A stretch of DNA of 64,000 nt, from positions 1-64,000 of the IMG/VR virus record IMGVR_UViG_2643221950_000001; one strand, 5' to 3'. The position numbers were made by a program, and so were the translations under genes. Under the pieces are notes generated by a model. That model was not told the DNA's origin and did not search any database. It saw only the letters and a list, made by a program, of their open reading frames with translations. The DNA is from an uncultured virus (IMG/VR IMGVR_UViG_2643221950_000001). Its lineage: Duplodnaviria; Heunggongvirae; Uroviricota; Caudoviricetes. This document shows positions 32,924 to 42,528 of the stretch, one piece after another (position 1 is the first letter of the stretch; every line of letters begins with the position of its first letter).

Positions 32924-33330
32924 TTCCGCACCTCGAATGACGGCGTATAGATATGGCCTTTGACGCCTGTCCAATTTTTATATTTATAGATGGTCATCTT
33001 GATACGATGCGTACCGGATGTGTGATTGACTATATAAAATTCTTTTGCAGGTGTGGCGTTCTTAAATGATCCAACCAAGCTGAACCGCTGATCTTTCCAT
33101 TTGCCACCTACTCGTTTTTGCAAAGTGAAACGATAATATACCGTTTCAGAACCCGTTTTACTTGCTGTGACATCAATACTCTTGGCTCGCGGCGTATATG
33201 AATTGGCATCCGTTGATACGCTGACTGTATGTCCTCCAATTGTTTTATATCCGCTCGTTACTGCCGCAGCAGACGGCGCACAAAGCACCGAAGCAACAAT
33301 AATAGATAGTGTGATTAGTAGTTTCTTCAT
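32920..33330 (-). CDS. Secreted beta-rich protein
   Basis: Sec signal peptide MKKLL...SAAA. Confidence 0.75.
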   Translation of the reverse strand: MKKLLITLSIIVASVLCAPSAAAVTSGYKTIGGHTVSVSTDANSYTPRAKSIDVTASKTGSETVYYRFTLQKRVGGKWKDQRFSLVGSFKNATPAKEFYIVNHTSGTHRIKMTIYKYKNWTGVKGHIYTPSFEVRK

Positions 33331-33932
33331 TGTTTACTCTCCCTTTTCAATTCGCCAATTTTAGAATATATAGCTGCCATCACTATGCCTGTTTTAGTGA
33401 TTTCAGGATCATTAGCAATTAACTTGTTTTGATTTAACCTTACTAATTGCTGTCTGGTGATGAGTTGCAAATTGTCTAGTTTTACATTGAGCTTATTCCC
33501 GTCTAAAAAAATTAAACAATGGCCACTTGGGATCGGTCCGTTTTCTTCTTCCCAAAGCACCTTATGCTTATGTTTCCATCGTTCTTGCGAAGGCCCATCA
33601 TCAGACACCTTGATCAATATATAACCGTCTCGATCAACTCTTTCATAACCTACAGGCTTGTAATTTGAAGGCCTGTGTCCTGGTTTGAAAGATGTTTTAT
33701 TTCCGCTAACATTATAAATGCCTTTTGTACCTTTATTGAGCGGTGCATGCCCTTTGGGGAAATAACCGCTTAAACCGCTAGAGATTTTACGATTATGCTT
33801 CCAGGTCTTCACTTGTTGTCTAGTAACATTTAAACCAAATTTCTGGTTGATCAAATCTGCTAGTTCTTGATTGAGTAAACCTGCAGCATGTGAACGGATG
33901 AAAGATTCTTGTTCTTCAGTGAATAACCTCAC
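33327..33932 (-). CDS. HNH endonuclease-family protein
   Basis: G.F.KGH.P.N repeats; H..LWE...GPIP...F.DGNK.N...NL. Confidence 0.85.
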   Translation of the reverse strand: MRLFTEEQESFIRSHAAGLLNQELADLINQKFGLNVTRQQVKTWKHNRKISSGLSGYFPKGHAPLNKGTKGIYNVSGNKTSFKPGHRPSNYKPVGYERVDRDGYILIKVSDDGPSQERWKHKHKVLWEEENGPIPSGHCLIFLDGNKLNVKLDNLQLITRQQLVRLNQNKLIANDPEITKTGIVMAAIYSKIGELKRESKQ

Positions 33933-33934
33933 CT

Positions 33935-34171
33935 TTATCCCTCCAGCATTTTCGGTTTCTCAAGATCTTTTGATTTGTACTCTGTATGAAATTTTTGCGC
34001 TTGTAATACTAGTGCTCCATTAGAAATTATGCGATTGGCCACATCAGTAACAGCTTTGGAACGTTCAATTTCTTCTTGAAGTTCCTCACCTTTTAAGTCT
34101 TCGTCACTCAACCGCTCCAGCTGCGCAAATAAATGGTTGTTCAAGTCTCCTAATGTATTTCTCATCTTCAT
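33935..34171 (-). CDS. Conserved phage protein, usual neighbour of this HNH family
   Basis: NTLGDLNNHLFAQLERL motif. Confidence 0.8.
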   Translation of the reverse strand: MKMRNTLGDLNNHLFAQLERLSDEDLKGEELQEEIERSKAVTDVANRIISNGALVLQAQKFHTEYKSKDLEKPKMLEG

Positions 34172-34476
34172 TCATCCTCCTCATGTCTTGCCTTGATCCT
34201 TTCAAATTCTTCGGTTGTATAATCTACATGAACAGGATCGTAACAGTTAGTGAGATCATTAATATCAAGAGGAGCATTGTGTTGAGACACTAGGTTGTAA
34301 AAATCGGTTAAATCTTGATCACTTGGCTTCTCACGATCTTTTCTAATGAGACACAACGCATCTATAATTTCTTTTACATCTCCATTAGGATCAGTTAAAT
34401 CCATAAAATCAGGTCCATAGCTTAGATAGCGTTCAGTTCGTTTGTTTTTAAATACAATCGCTGGCACAGTTTTCAT
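34168..34476 (-). CDS. Hypothetical protein
   Basis: Tightly packed ORF in the operon. Confidence 0.65.
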   Translation of the reverse strand: MKTVPAIVFKNKRTERYLSYGPDFMDLTDPNGDVKEIIDALCLIRKDREKPSDQDLTDFYNLVSQHNAPLDINDLTNCYDPVHVDYTTEEFERIKARHEEDE

Positions 34477-34477
34477 A

Positions 34478-34714
34478 TCAGAAGCCCTCCTGCAAATCTT
34501 GTATATCGCCTTGATAAAACGTCTGTTGCTTAATTACTACAAATGTAATAGGGGTACTTCCTAACTGTGTGTAGGACCCGAATTGTTTAAGTAGAGCTTG
34601 TTTCGTTTCTTCCGCCGTTGGGTAGTGATCCCACTTCCCACAAGTGAATCTATCTAACACTTTAAGAACAAAAATATTCTTTAATTCCACAATAATCTCC
34701 CTCTCTTTTTTCAC
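34478..34714 (-). CDS. Hypothetical protein
   Basis: Tightly packed ORF in the operon. Confidence 0.6.
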   Translation of the reverse strand: MKKEREIIVELKNIFVLKVLDRFTCGKWDHYPTAEETKQALLKQFGSYTQLGSTPITFVVIKQQTFYQGDIQDLQEGF

Positions 34715-34911
34715 TCTGCTCGCTTGGCCTGTTCATTAAATCGGCGCAGCAGCTCATCTTTAATTGTTTCAGCTTTTGTTCTTTGTCCTTTGATGTAAGG
34801 GCTATTGATGCGATCACCAGACAGCACCGCATCCCCTATTCGTCGTTTGATGTCTTTCAGAGCCATCCAAAGCCCTTCATATGACATGTTTTCAGGTGGT
34901 TTAAACTCCAT
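34711..34911 (-). CDS. Hypothetical protein
   Basis: GGGAGG RBS; DI.RRI.D motif. Confidence 0.7.
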   Translation of the reverse strand: MEFKPPENMSYEGLWMALKDIKRRIGDAVLSGDRINSPYIKGQRTKAETIKDELLRRFNEQAKRAE

Positions 34912-34922
34912 ATGATCCTCCC

Positions 34923-35138
34923 TCAGAACAGTGTCAGCTGTTCCTGGTGTTGTTCTTTTTGCTTTATTAAAAAATGCCTGGCTTCAAATGCTCCATAGTG
35001 TGAGCCAGGACTATCAAATTTTGATACATAATAATGAGCGGAACCGAGAGGAAAGAGAAAGTACTCTACGCCCTTATCTAGCGGTGTAAACTCATTAGTG
35101 AGACATATTCCCTTCAAGGTCATGCCACGATTTCCCAT
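34923..35138 (-). CDS. Hypothetical protein
   Basis: L..G.EYFLFP....YYVSKF; ends QLTLF (clamp-binding-like motif). Confidence 0.6.
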   Translation of the reverse strand: MGNRGMTLKGICLTNEFTPLDKGVEYFLFPLGSAHYYVSKFDSPGSHYGAFEARHFLIKQKEQHQEQLTLF

Positions 35139-35344
35139 GGCAACCGTTCAACCCTTTTCATACTTCCAGCACAGCCGACTTTACCAAGATTCCGACGTGC
35201 TGCTGGATAGGATTGATATGTGTCATACTCGCTCCATTTTGCATCTGTTAAGAGATCAGAACGCCAATAGGCAACGTATCCGCTCGCTGTATTGACAATA
35301 CAAAATTCAGCAAATGGTGATTTTGAATACCAGATTTCTTTCAT
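35120..35344 (-). CDS. Hypothetical protein
   Basis: GGGAGG RBS. Confidence 0.65.
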   Translation of the reverse strand: MKEIWYSKSPFAEFCIVNTASGYVAYWRSDLLTDAKWSEYDTYQSYPAARRNLGKVGCAGSMKRVERLPWEIVA

Positions 35345-35376
35345 TTTGACTGCCTCCCTGCAGGAGGAAGCTCCTG

Positions 35377-35580
35377 CTATTTTATTTTGTGTGAACTGCT
35401 GTAATTCAAATTGGTGAATTGGCCGTCACGTGTAGTGATTTCCGTTTTCCCGTAAATGGGTGCTTCGGCCAAAAATGCTTGATTGGAATGGCCATCTAGG
35501 ATAATGACTTTCACTTCTCCTTTGGTCATAAAGTTATCAATGGAGATGGTTGAGTCTGTAAGTTTGTAAGGATTCTTCAT
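35377..35580 (-). CDS. XtrA/YqaO-family protein
   Basis: GEVKVIILDG...EAP.YGKT.I.T..G. Confidence 0.8.
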   Translation of the reverse strand: MKNPYKLTDSTISIDNFMTKGEVKVIILDGHSNQAFLAEAPIYGKTEITTRDGQFTNLNYSSSHKIK

Positions 35581-35611
35581 GCGCACAAGGCCTCCCATGT
35601 TATAATGAATT

Positions 35612-35657
35612 GTCGAGATTCATTAGAGCCGGAGCCTTGTGCTTTGGTTCTTTTTAT
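35612..35657 (+). ncRNA. Putative short antisense RNA upstream of the xtrA-like gene
   Basis: Extended -10 TGtTATAAT (35598-35606); AGAGCC...GGTTCT plus T-run terminator. Confidence 0.5.
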
Positions 35658-35935
35658 TTGTCCAGAAAAGCTTGCAGATCACGTACGCACATTCTAAAGA
35701 GATGTTCATCATTTAAGTCTAAGGACAAATCGATCAGAGCCTTTAATTCATCTTTAGTGATCGTTACATCCAAGTTTTTAGCCCAATGTTTAGGAACAGC
35801 CGTAGACTTTCCTTTAGGCGGCTTCACTAAAAGTTCATATTCAGAGATTTTCACGACGTAACCAGATATATGAAACATTCTGCGATTAACTTCACCCAAA
35901 GCTTCCACCCAATCGCCTTCTACAATCTTTCTCAT
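35654..35935 (-). CDS. IDEAL-domain protein
   Basis: GDWV N-terminal SH3-like part; LIDLSLDLND...F. Confidence 0.78.
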   Translation of the reverse strand: MRKIVEGDWVEALGEVNRRMFHISGYVVKISEYELLVKPPKGKSTAVPKHWAKNLDVTITKDELKALIDLSLDLNDEHLFRMCVRDLQAFLDK

Positions 35936-36090
35936 TTCCTGAAGCTCCTTCCACACTTCGAGCAGTAAGGACCATTGAAAACCCGCGTGCTAAATTCCAA
36001 CCAATAACCACGCTGCACCGAAACTATATTTCTACATTTGAAGCAAAAGAAGTGCTTGTGTTTGAAGAAGAATTTGATTTTATTAATCAT
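35932..36090 (-). CDS. Small putative zinc-binding protein, 52 aa (not in the ORF track)
   Basis: MINKIKFFFKHKHFFCFKC...YCSKCGRSFRK; ATGA overlaps at both ends. Confidence 0.7.
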   Translation of the reverse strand: MINKIKFFFKHKHFFCFKCRNIVSVQRGYWLEFSTRVFNGPYCSKCGRSFRK

Positions 36091-36221
36091 CTGACTATCC
36101 TCCATCCTTTCCTAATCCGACTGTGCAGTTCATATTTTTTAAGTGGTTCATAGAGGTGGACGCGCTGTCCATCCTCTTCGCGATAAAGCAAGAACCACCG
36201 TTTTGAGCGTTTGCGTGCCAC
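36087..36221 (-). CDS. Small basic hypothetical protein, 44 aa
   Basis: GTG start just after the upstream stop; MARKRSKRWFLLYR. Confidence 0.6.
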   Translation of the reverse strand: MARKRSKRWFLLYREEDGQRVHLYEPLKKYELHSRIRKGWRIVR

Positions 36222-36222
36222 C

Positions 36223-36918
36223 TTATGCAGCCCCGTCTTCCTCATCTTTTTGATCATCTTTAGGAAGATCGTATTCATCTGGAACGCTATCCTCTGAACC
36301 CTTTTCGTCTTCAGCTGCTTCTTCATTCTTGGTTTGCATCGGTTCAGCTTCGTTGGCTTGATCCTGCTTCCAGTCCCACCATGTTTCAGCGAGCGGAGCA
36401 ACTGCTGCTCGGTAGTCATTGATCAGATCAACGATTGCACCGGAGGACATCTCAAGCTCTGTGGCCAACTTGCGGTATGATTCACCCTCAATTCGCCGTT
36501 TCGCAATGTCAGCCATATTCTCTGGGAAACCTTCCTGTTCTGGAGCCATGCCTTCAATGATGAATTGATCCACCACTTCACGCTTAATCTCCATCGGTTT
36601 TTCTTCAATTTTTGGTTTTTCTTCAGGCAAACCAAGTTCAGCCTCTAACTGTTCCGGCTCAGGATCAGCTATGTGAACCACGCCGCTCTGATCCACTTGA
36701 TAATTTACAATTGGTCGTTCAGTGTTTGCGTTAATCTGCACGTTATAGCGGACAATATCGCTCTCAATTTCAACACGCACATCGTTATCAATCATTTCAG
36801 CAAGGTTTTGAATGCCGTTTCCCAGCTCCTTCGTTGAAATTTCAAGAACCAATTCAGTGACGCCTTTAGGCTTGTGATTCACTTTTTTAACGAAACCATC
36901 AAAATTTATAAAAGACAT
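36223..36918 (-). CDS. Hypothetical acidic protein with a possible HTH
   Basis: GGAGG RBS; GESYRKLATELEMS. Confidence 0.75.
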   Translation of the reverse strand: MSFINFDGFVKKVNHKPKGVTELVLEISTKELGNGIQNLAEMIDNDVRVEIESDIVRYNVQINANTERPIVNYQVDQSGVVHIADPEPEQLEAELGLPEEKPKIEEKPMEIKREVVDQFIIEGMAPEQEGFPENMADIAKRRIEGESYRKLATELEMSSGAIVDLINDYRAAVAPLAETWWDWKQDQANEAEPMQTKNEEAAEDEKGSEDSVPDEYDLPKDDQKDEEDGAA

Positions 36919-36937
36919 ATTTTGTTCCTCCTAGTAA

Positions 36938-37429
36938 TTAAGAAATTTTTTTCAAAGCTTCTTGTTGATATTTTGTTAAATCTACTTTTGTTTTTAATGA
37001 ACGTGCTATTTGAGCCAAGACGAATGCGTCTATCACGTTGTCACTTTTATGTTCAAATCCCCAACGTTTATAAACAGGTACAGGTATTTGATCTTTTTTA
37101 ACGTTTCCTTTTCCTGTTGCGAACTTTTTCAAAGTGGTTGGAGGAACGTCAACATAATCTATTTTTTTGTTTATAAGCCTCGCCCTTATTAACCAACCAA
37201 TGCCGTATTGAGTGTCTACTGACGATCCTTTAGAACCGTAAGAAAACCCTTCAATACATACAAAGTCAGTTGGTTCTATTAAATTTATTATTTGGCTGGC
37301 CAAGTCCATAAAGCGTTGCGGATCTTCTTCTACAACTGAGGTGATTTCTTTGGTAAGAATTACATTTCCCATTGCATCTTGAATCACGAGCCCTGTTTTC
37401 GTTGAAGGATCAATGCCGACAAATCTCAT
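36938..37429 (-). CDS. RuvC-like Holliday junction resolvase
   Basis: VGIDPS..TG, IEGFSY, LKKFATGKGN..K, DN..DA motifs. Confidence 0.88.
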   Translation of the reverse strand: MRFVGIDPSTKTGLVIQDAMGNVILTKEITSVVEEDPQRFMDLASQIINLIEPTDFVCIEGFSYGSKGSSVDTQYGIGWLIRARLINKKIDYVDVPPTTLKKFATGKGNVKKDQIPVPVYKRWGFEHKSDNVIDAFVLAQIARSLKTKVDLTKYQQEALKKIS

Positions 37430-38085
37430 TGTTCTTTTCCTCCTAAAACATAACGACTTTTCGCATGGTACAAGTACCCCTCTTCATCTTCATGATCCCA
37501 ACCGTTTTTCATATCAGCAGGCATGATTTTCACCTTTGTTTCACAGTTGTCACATGCGGTGTATCTAAAGCCCTTATAAACCTGCTTGTCCTCTTTCAAT
37601 CCACACTCAGGGCATTGAAATTTAGTCTTCCATTTCATGCGGTCAGGTTCCGGATTTTCCTTTTGAACCAGGGCTATGCTTTTGACTTGATCCATCACGC
37701 TCACGTGTTCTCCGATGCTCGCATTCAAAGTCCGTTCATTATTCAAAAGAGCAGTTGATCTTGGTCTCGTTCTCTTTGGTTCTGTTGATTTCGTGGGAGC
37801 AGGAATAGTTTTCTTCTCATCGTTTGACTTAGACATGGATTGATCTTGATGAAATGGCTTGCTATGATTGGTCGCTTTGTCAGTATGAGTTGGTTCTATC
37901 GCTCTGTTAACTGATGATGGTGCAACTGCTGAAGCCCTTTGTCTTCCGTTTGGATTTAAAGAACCTCTATGCATATACATGTCTAGTTTAGTGATCAACT
38001 GACCGACTTCTTCAGCAGTGTAATTATCCGCTTCAAAGTTCACTTCTTTACCATTTGAAAAGTCTTGGATTTGTAGTTTAATCAT
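37426..38085 (-). CDS. Hypothetical protein with C-terminal zinc ribbon
   Basis: CPECG...CDNC. Confidence 0.7.
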   Translation of the reverse strand: MIKLQIQDFSNGKEVNFEADNYTAEEVGQLITKLDMYMHRGSLNPNGRQRASAVAPSSVNRAIEPTHTDKATNHSKPFHQDQSMSKSNDEKKTIPAPTKSTEPKRTRPRSTALLNNERTLNASIGEHVSVMDQVKSIALVQKENPEPDRMKWKTKFQCPECGLKEDKQVYKGFRYTACDNCETKVKIMPADMKNGWDHEDEEGYLYHAKSRYVLGGKEQ

Positions 38086-38288
38086 TCTGCTTCCTCCTCA
38101 ATCGCCATCCTGGCATTGTAAGTTTCAATATCGTTCCCTCGCTCACATTTGGCTGTAATGACTAGCATTTCGAGCTCATAGAGCGGTTTTGTTGCGAGAC
38201 TTTCAATCTCATTTTGTTTATATCCAAGACGCTTCAGTTCTTTGTGCAAGAACTGTTTGCGTTGCTCGCTATTGATTGTCATGTTCAT
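38082..38288 (-). CDS. Small protein, FbpA-like
   Basis: RK.FL..EL..LGY...L..L.ELE pattern. Confidence 0.6.
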   Translation of the reverse strand: MNMTINSEQRKQFLHKELKRLGYKQNEIESLATKPLYELEMLVITAKCERGNDIETYNARMAIEEEAE

Positions 38289-38296
38289 TCCTCATT

Positions 38297-39589
38297 TCAC
38301 ATTGCGGCTTCCATTTGCCGCGATAAATTTACAAACTTCCCGTACTCTTTCGCAAATGCTAAATTTACTGTTCCAGTCGCACCATTACGATGTTTAGCAA
38401 AAATGATTTCAATAATATTTTTAGATTCGCTTTGCTTGTCATAATAGTCGTCACGATAGAGGAACGTAACAATATCAGCATCCTGCTCGATGCTTCCAGA
38501 ATCACGTAGATCGGACAACATCGGACGCTTATCTTGTCGCTGCTCTACTCCACGTGAAAGCTGAGATAACAGAACAATTGGAACCTCAAAATGCCTGGCC
38601 ATAAGCTTTAATTCTCGTGTTATTTCCGCAACTTCATGGTTTTTACTTTCTGGTTTCCCAATAGGAGTGATCAACTGTAAATAGTCAATGATCACTAAAT
38701 GATCTTGATCAGGGTGTTCGTTCTTGGTTTTTCTAATTCTAGAACGAATATCAGCAACGGTTTGAGATGGCTTATCATGAATATGAATATCCAGGTTTTC
38801 ATATACGCCCATTGCTTTAAAGGAGTTCTCATGATCATCCTCACTAAAGAATTTTTTTGGATTTCTCCACTTAGTGTTCTCGATTCTTCCGATGTTGCTT
38901 AACATCCGATGTGTCAATTGTGTATCAGACATCTCAAGGGAAAAAATATCAGTTACACCTTTTTTATAAGCATTGTTAATAGCTAGATTTAGTGCAAAAG
39001 CGGTTTTCCCCACTGATGGTCGCGCAGCCACAATGATCAAATCACTTTTTTGCAGACCGCCTGTCATAGCATTAAGGTCTGCTAGACCAGTGTCTACTCC
39101 AGTGACATCACCTTTTTCTTCTTCCAAACTCATGAAGATTTCTGTCAAAACATCTGTTTTCGTTCGGGTTGTAGTTACACCCACTTCCTGCACTTCAATG
39201 GTCTTTTTATAAAGATCTGTGATGCCTTCATCGCATGGGGAGTTAGCAAAAGCTAAAGCCGCACTTTGTAAATCTCTAAGTCTAAAAGCATCGTAGATTA
39301 GAGTTTCATAAGTTCCAAAAGAATGTATTGAGGGAACAGAACTTGCTAAGTTAGTTAAGTATTCGAATCCCCCAACAGCCGCTAAGGCTTCACCCAAGGA
39401 AGCTGATATATTTGCTAGTTCAACCTGTCTGCCTAGCTTGTCCACTTCCCTCATCGCTTTAAAAATCTGTTTATGTCGTTCCTCAGCAAAATGTTTGGGC
39501 TCAAGTGTAGTTTCTTTGATAAGGTCGCCCTCAATGATGATACAACCCAATAAAAACTGTTCAGCCTCTACGTTTCGCAAATTTTGCAT
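38297..39589 (-). CDS. Replicative DnaB-family helicase
   Basis: AARPSVGKT, IDYLQL, LSQLSR, LRDSGSIEQDAD. Confidence 0.95.
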   Translation of the reverse strand: MQNLRNVEAEQFLLGCIIIEGDLIKETTLEPKHFAEERHKQIFKAMREVDKLGRQVELANISASLGEALAAVGGFEYLTNLASSVPSIHSFGTYETLIYDAFRLRDLQSAALAFANSPCDEGITDLYKKTIEVQEVGVTTTRTKTDVLTEIFMSLEEEKGDVTGVDTGLADLNAMTGGLQKSDLIIVAARPSVGKTAFALNLAINNAYKKGVTDIFSLEMSDTQLTHRMLSNIGRIENTKWRNPKKFFSEDDHENSFKAMGVYENLDIHIHDKPSQTVADIRSRIRKTKNEHPDQDHLVIIDYLQLITPIGKPESKNHEVAEITRELKLMARHFEVPIVLLSQLSRGVEQRQDKRPMLSDLRDSGSIEQDADIVTFLYRDDYYDKQSESKNIIEIIFAKHRNGATGTVNLAFAKEYGKFVNLSRQMEAAM

Positions 39590-39857
39590 TTCTTACCCAC
39601 TCTTCCTGCTTCTCTAGAAATTCATTTTTCTCTGGTTGGTTGACCTGTATCTCAGCAATGACAGGTGGGAATCGTTTTTCAGCGATATGTTGATTGATCT
39701 TTTTTAAAACAGGTTCATATGGCAGTGCAGTTAAATGCTCTAGCCAAAGCCTGATTCTTTCTTTTCCGATCGCATCTGTAGAAAGTTCAAATCTAGGGTA
39801 GGCAGCAGCTATCCTTGTTAAGATAGCCATCGCTTGGTCCTTTGTCATGCTAATCAT
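39561..39857 (-). CDS. Helicase loader/inhibitor, SPP1 G39P-like
   Basis: I..AYP...W...L...FPP.IAEI; lies between initiator and helicase. Confidence 0.8.
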   Translation of the reverse strand: MISMTKDQAMAILTRIAAAYPRFELSTDAIGKERIRLWLEHLTALPYEPVLKKINQHIAEKRFPPVIAEIQVNQPEKNEFLEKQEEWVRNAKFAKRRG

Positions 39858-40702
39858 CCTCCTCCAAATTTAATGCCATTTTCTTTTGCATAAGCCTCTA
39901 ATACTGATAGGTTGTCTTGTTGTCTCTTTGGTTTAAATTCAGATATGTTGCTAGGTGGATTTTGTTTAGCATGCCATCTATCAAGGATGCCCTTCTCCAG
40001 GTAAGAAAACGATTTGATGCCGTCCGCTCTATGTCTTGGTCGGTATTGATCGAATATCTCGTCGATCCACACCAATATGTCTTCAAGGGGTATCTGCTCC
40101 TGAATGATCCTCTCAATGGCCTGTGCATCATTAGGAGTGATCATCAATCCTCCACCTCTTCGTGATAGATACTTGTCTTCGATTTGTTGGAAAGGAGAAT
40201 CATTTCCTACTGGCGATCTCTCTTCTTCCTCTTCTTTATATTCTTTAATTCTTGAATTCTTTAATTCTTGTTTTGGTTCTGCAATCGTTCCGCAATCGTT
40301 CTGCAATCGTTCCGTTGAAGGTTCATTAGCCGTTCTGTAATTAGAATTGTTTTGACCGTCTAAGCCTTGGTATGACTCGTATTTCACTATGGTGAATAGT
40401 GTTCCAATATCCGTTTCGCAAACGGTGACCATACCGTTCTCAACAAGTTTCTTTATGGAACGTAAAATTGTACTTTTAGATACTTTTTTCAGGGCTCTTC
40501 GTTCCTTATAACCAAGGTCCTCACACAACTTAGAATAGGAGCGGATATACTGACCCTTCTTCAATTCAATGCCGTTAATTTTGATCCCGTCTTGATGGCT
40601 TGCTTTCAATAACAACAATGTAAAAAGCCTAAAAGTAGTAACATCATTCCAGATTTCATGATCAAATATCTTTCGATGTAGTTTAATCCATCCAGTAGAC
40701 AA
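39854..40702 (-). CDS. Replication initiator
   Basis: GWIKLHRK N-terminus; internal iterons; DnaD-like C-terminus. Confidence 0.87.
   Translation of the reverse strand: MSTGWIKLHRKIFDHEIWNDVTTFRLFTLLLLKASHQDGIKINGIELKKGQYIRSYSKLCEDLGYKERRALKKVSKSTILRSIKKLVENGMVTVCETDIGTLFTIVKYESYQGLDGQNNSNYRTANEPSTERLQNDCGTIAEPKQELKNSRIKEYKEEEEERSPVGNDSPFQQIEDKYLSRRGGGLMITPNDAQAIERIIQEQIPLEDILVWIDEIFDQYRPRHRADGIKSFSYLEKGILDRWHAKQNPPSNISEFKPKRQQDNLSVLEAYAKENGIKFGGG
40241..40312. repeat. Probable phage replication origin
   Basis: Three 11-bp repeats (T/C)GCAATCGTTC at 40280-40312 next to a duplicated TTCTTTAATTCTTG. Confidence 0.75.
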
Positions 40703-40721
40703 ACAAATTCCTCCTTCCCAA

Positions 40722-40907
40722 CTATTTGCGTTTGAGTCTACAAATAGCGTATTTGCCTTTGATGTCGATCAATTCGAGATGCGGTTCATACTTGGCCATA
40801 TATGTCGTGATATACATCATCAATACCTTTTTCCGCATTTGCGGAGCGGCTGACATCGCCAACGTAATAAAACAATAAGGATAAGCTGTTTTAAAAAGCT
40901 CGCTCAT
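40722..40907 (-). CDS. Hypothetical protein
   Basis: Coupled ORF in the operon. Confidence 0.6.
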   Translation of the reverse strand: MSELFKTAYPYCFITLAMSAAPQMRKKVLMMYITTYMAKYEPHLELIDIKGKYAICRLKRK

Positions 40908-41608
40908 AAGGGAACATAGACAACCTTTCCTGTTTCTTTTGCTATTTCTTGTTTGAATAGTTGCTCATCACTGTTTGTGTCAGATAGGTGCAATAACCAT
41001 ATTTCCTGCACTTTTGACAAGTCATTTGCAGCTAGGAATGTCTTTACATTCTCAAGGCTGAAATGCGACTGGATGAGCCGGTTACGCATGCTTTTGTGAA
41101 TACTCCCATTCTCAATATTTGCATCCAAGATTGCTTCAGAATAATTGCACTCAACCATGATGTGCGTGAGTCCAGGGAACTTGTATTTGATGTAATAGGT
41201 ATCAGTAGCAAAGAGGAGCTTGTCTCCGTCTTCATTAGCCAATAGGAAGCCATACGGCTCTGATACGTCGTGTTGAACATCAAAGGGCATAATAAGCCAC
41301 GTGCCGACCCTAAATGTTTGTCGGGCTTTTACAAGATTGATTCTGTGATGATTTTCCACTCCAAGAGCTTGTGCCGTCCCAAGAGACATATAACAATCGA
41401 TTCCTGCACGCAAAACATCTTTTATAGCCTTGCAGTGATCACCATGCTCATGAGTGATGAGACAACCAGCAAAGCTCATATCGAAATCAAAAGCACGTTG
41501 CATCTCTTTGAAAGTGATACCGCACTCCAAAAGGAGCGGGGTTTTACCATCAGTCACCCGATAGCAATTCCCCTTACTGCTTGACGAGATAGCTTCGATC
41601 TCAATCAA
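40904..41608 (-). CDS. Metallo-beta-lactamase-fold hydrolase (probable exonuclease)
   Basis: SSS.GNCY, THEHGDH, HD, TDT, HLS motifs. Confidence 0.9.
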   Translation of the reverse strand: MIEIEAISSSSKGNCYRVTDGKTPLLLECGITFKEMQRAFDFDMSFAGCLITHEHGDHCKAIKDVLRAGIDCYMSLGTAQALGVENHHRINLVKARQTFRVGTWLIMPFDVQHDVSEPYGFLLANEDGDKLLFATDTYYIKYKFPGLTHIMVECNYSEAILDANIENGSIHKSMRNRLIQSHFSLENVKTFLAANDLSKVQEIWLLHLSDTNSDEQLFKQEIAKETGKVVYVPL

Positions 41609-42528
41609 AATGGTGGCTCCTCATTCAATGCAGAAGGCTTTTCATCATGTCCATTTGATGATTGTGGCTCAGGCTCTTCACGTTGCTTTATTTCAGGTGT
41701 TTCTTGGTGCTGTTCTGAATCTTCTTCAGGTTCATTGAAACCAACATCAATAATTTCTGAATTAGCATTCTCACTAATTTCTTTTTTCACTTCATCCGGT
41801 GTAACATCAACCCGCTCATTGTCATACTCATTCTCGGTTGAATTATTGATTGCTTGGACAAGTAGATCGCTGTCATCGCTTGTGTTTATATATCTTTTGG
41901 CAGCACGATTAATCACTGTTCTTTGGGCCATTTCCTGCGGAAACTTTTTCTGAACCGCACCACTTGTTTTCGATTGACTCCAAGCAGTTTCGATTTCTTT
42001 CTTTGTCATCGGGGTTAGTAGCTCAATGTCATCAATGGTTTTTACAACTGCATAAGCTCCAATGATGTCTTTATCTCGGTTTTCAAGCTTCGTTTCATGT
42101 TTAATAAGTTTTTCTTGCCCTCCATCAATCTCATATTCAAAGACATCCCCTTCATAAATCACGTTTGACCATATATCCTTGACATTGGTCAAACGTTTCA
42201 GCACTGCTTGTGTGCCAAAATATGAGCGGTTCATCTGCAATTTATTCCCGTACACAATGAAATAACATTGAGTTTTTGCAGGGCTTAAACCTTGAACGAC
42301 CATATCTAGCAAGGAATTGGCAATAGATTCTCTGGTGCAGACTTCTAAAGCAGGCCTCCCTGATTTATCCTTCACTTCTTGAAGTTTAAAAAATGCACTC
42401 TTTAATGCATTGCTAGCATTATAGTTTGATGGCAGGACTAACCCTTCATCTTGTAATCTGCCTAGACTATTGTTCACATCATCAGTAATGTTTTTTTGTA
42501 TATGTGCCAATTGATTCTGATTACTCAT
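41605..42528 (-). CDS. recT: RecT-family single-strand annealing protein
   Basis: QGLSPAKTQCYFIVYG; EMA..TV..RA.K. Confidence 0.88.
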   Translation of the reverse strand: MSNQNQLAHIQKNITDDVNNSLGRLQDEGLVLPSNYNASNALKSAFFKLQEVKDKSGRPALEVCTRESIANSLLDMVVQGLSPAKTQCYFIVYGNKLQMNRSYFGTQAVLKRLTNVKDIWSNVIYEGDVFEYEIDGGQEKLIKHETKLENRDKDIIGAYAVVKTIDDIELLTPMTKKEIETAWSQSKTSGAVQKKFPQEMAQRTVINRAAKRYINTSDDSDLLVQAINNSTENEYDNERVDVTPDEVKKEISENANSEIIDVGFNEPEEDSEQHQETPEIKQREEPEPQSSNGHDEKPSALNEEPPF

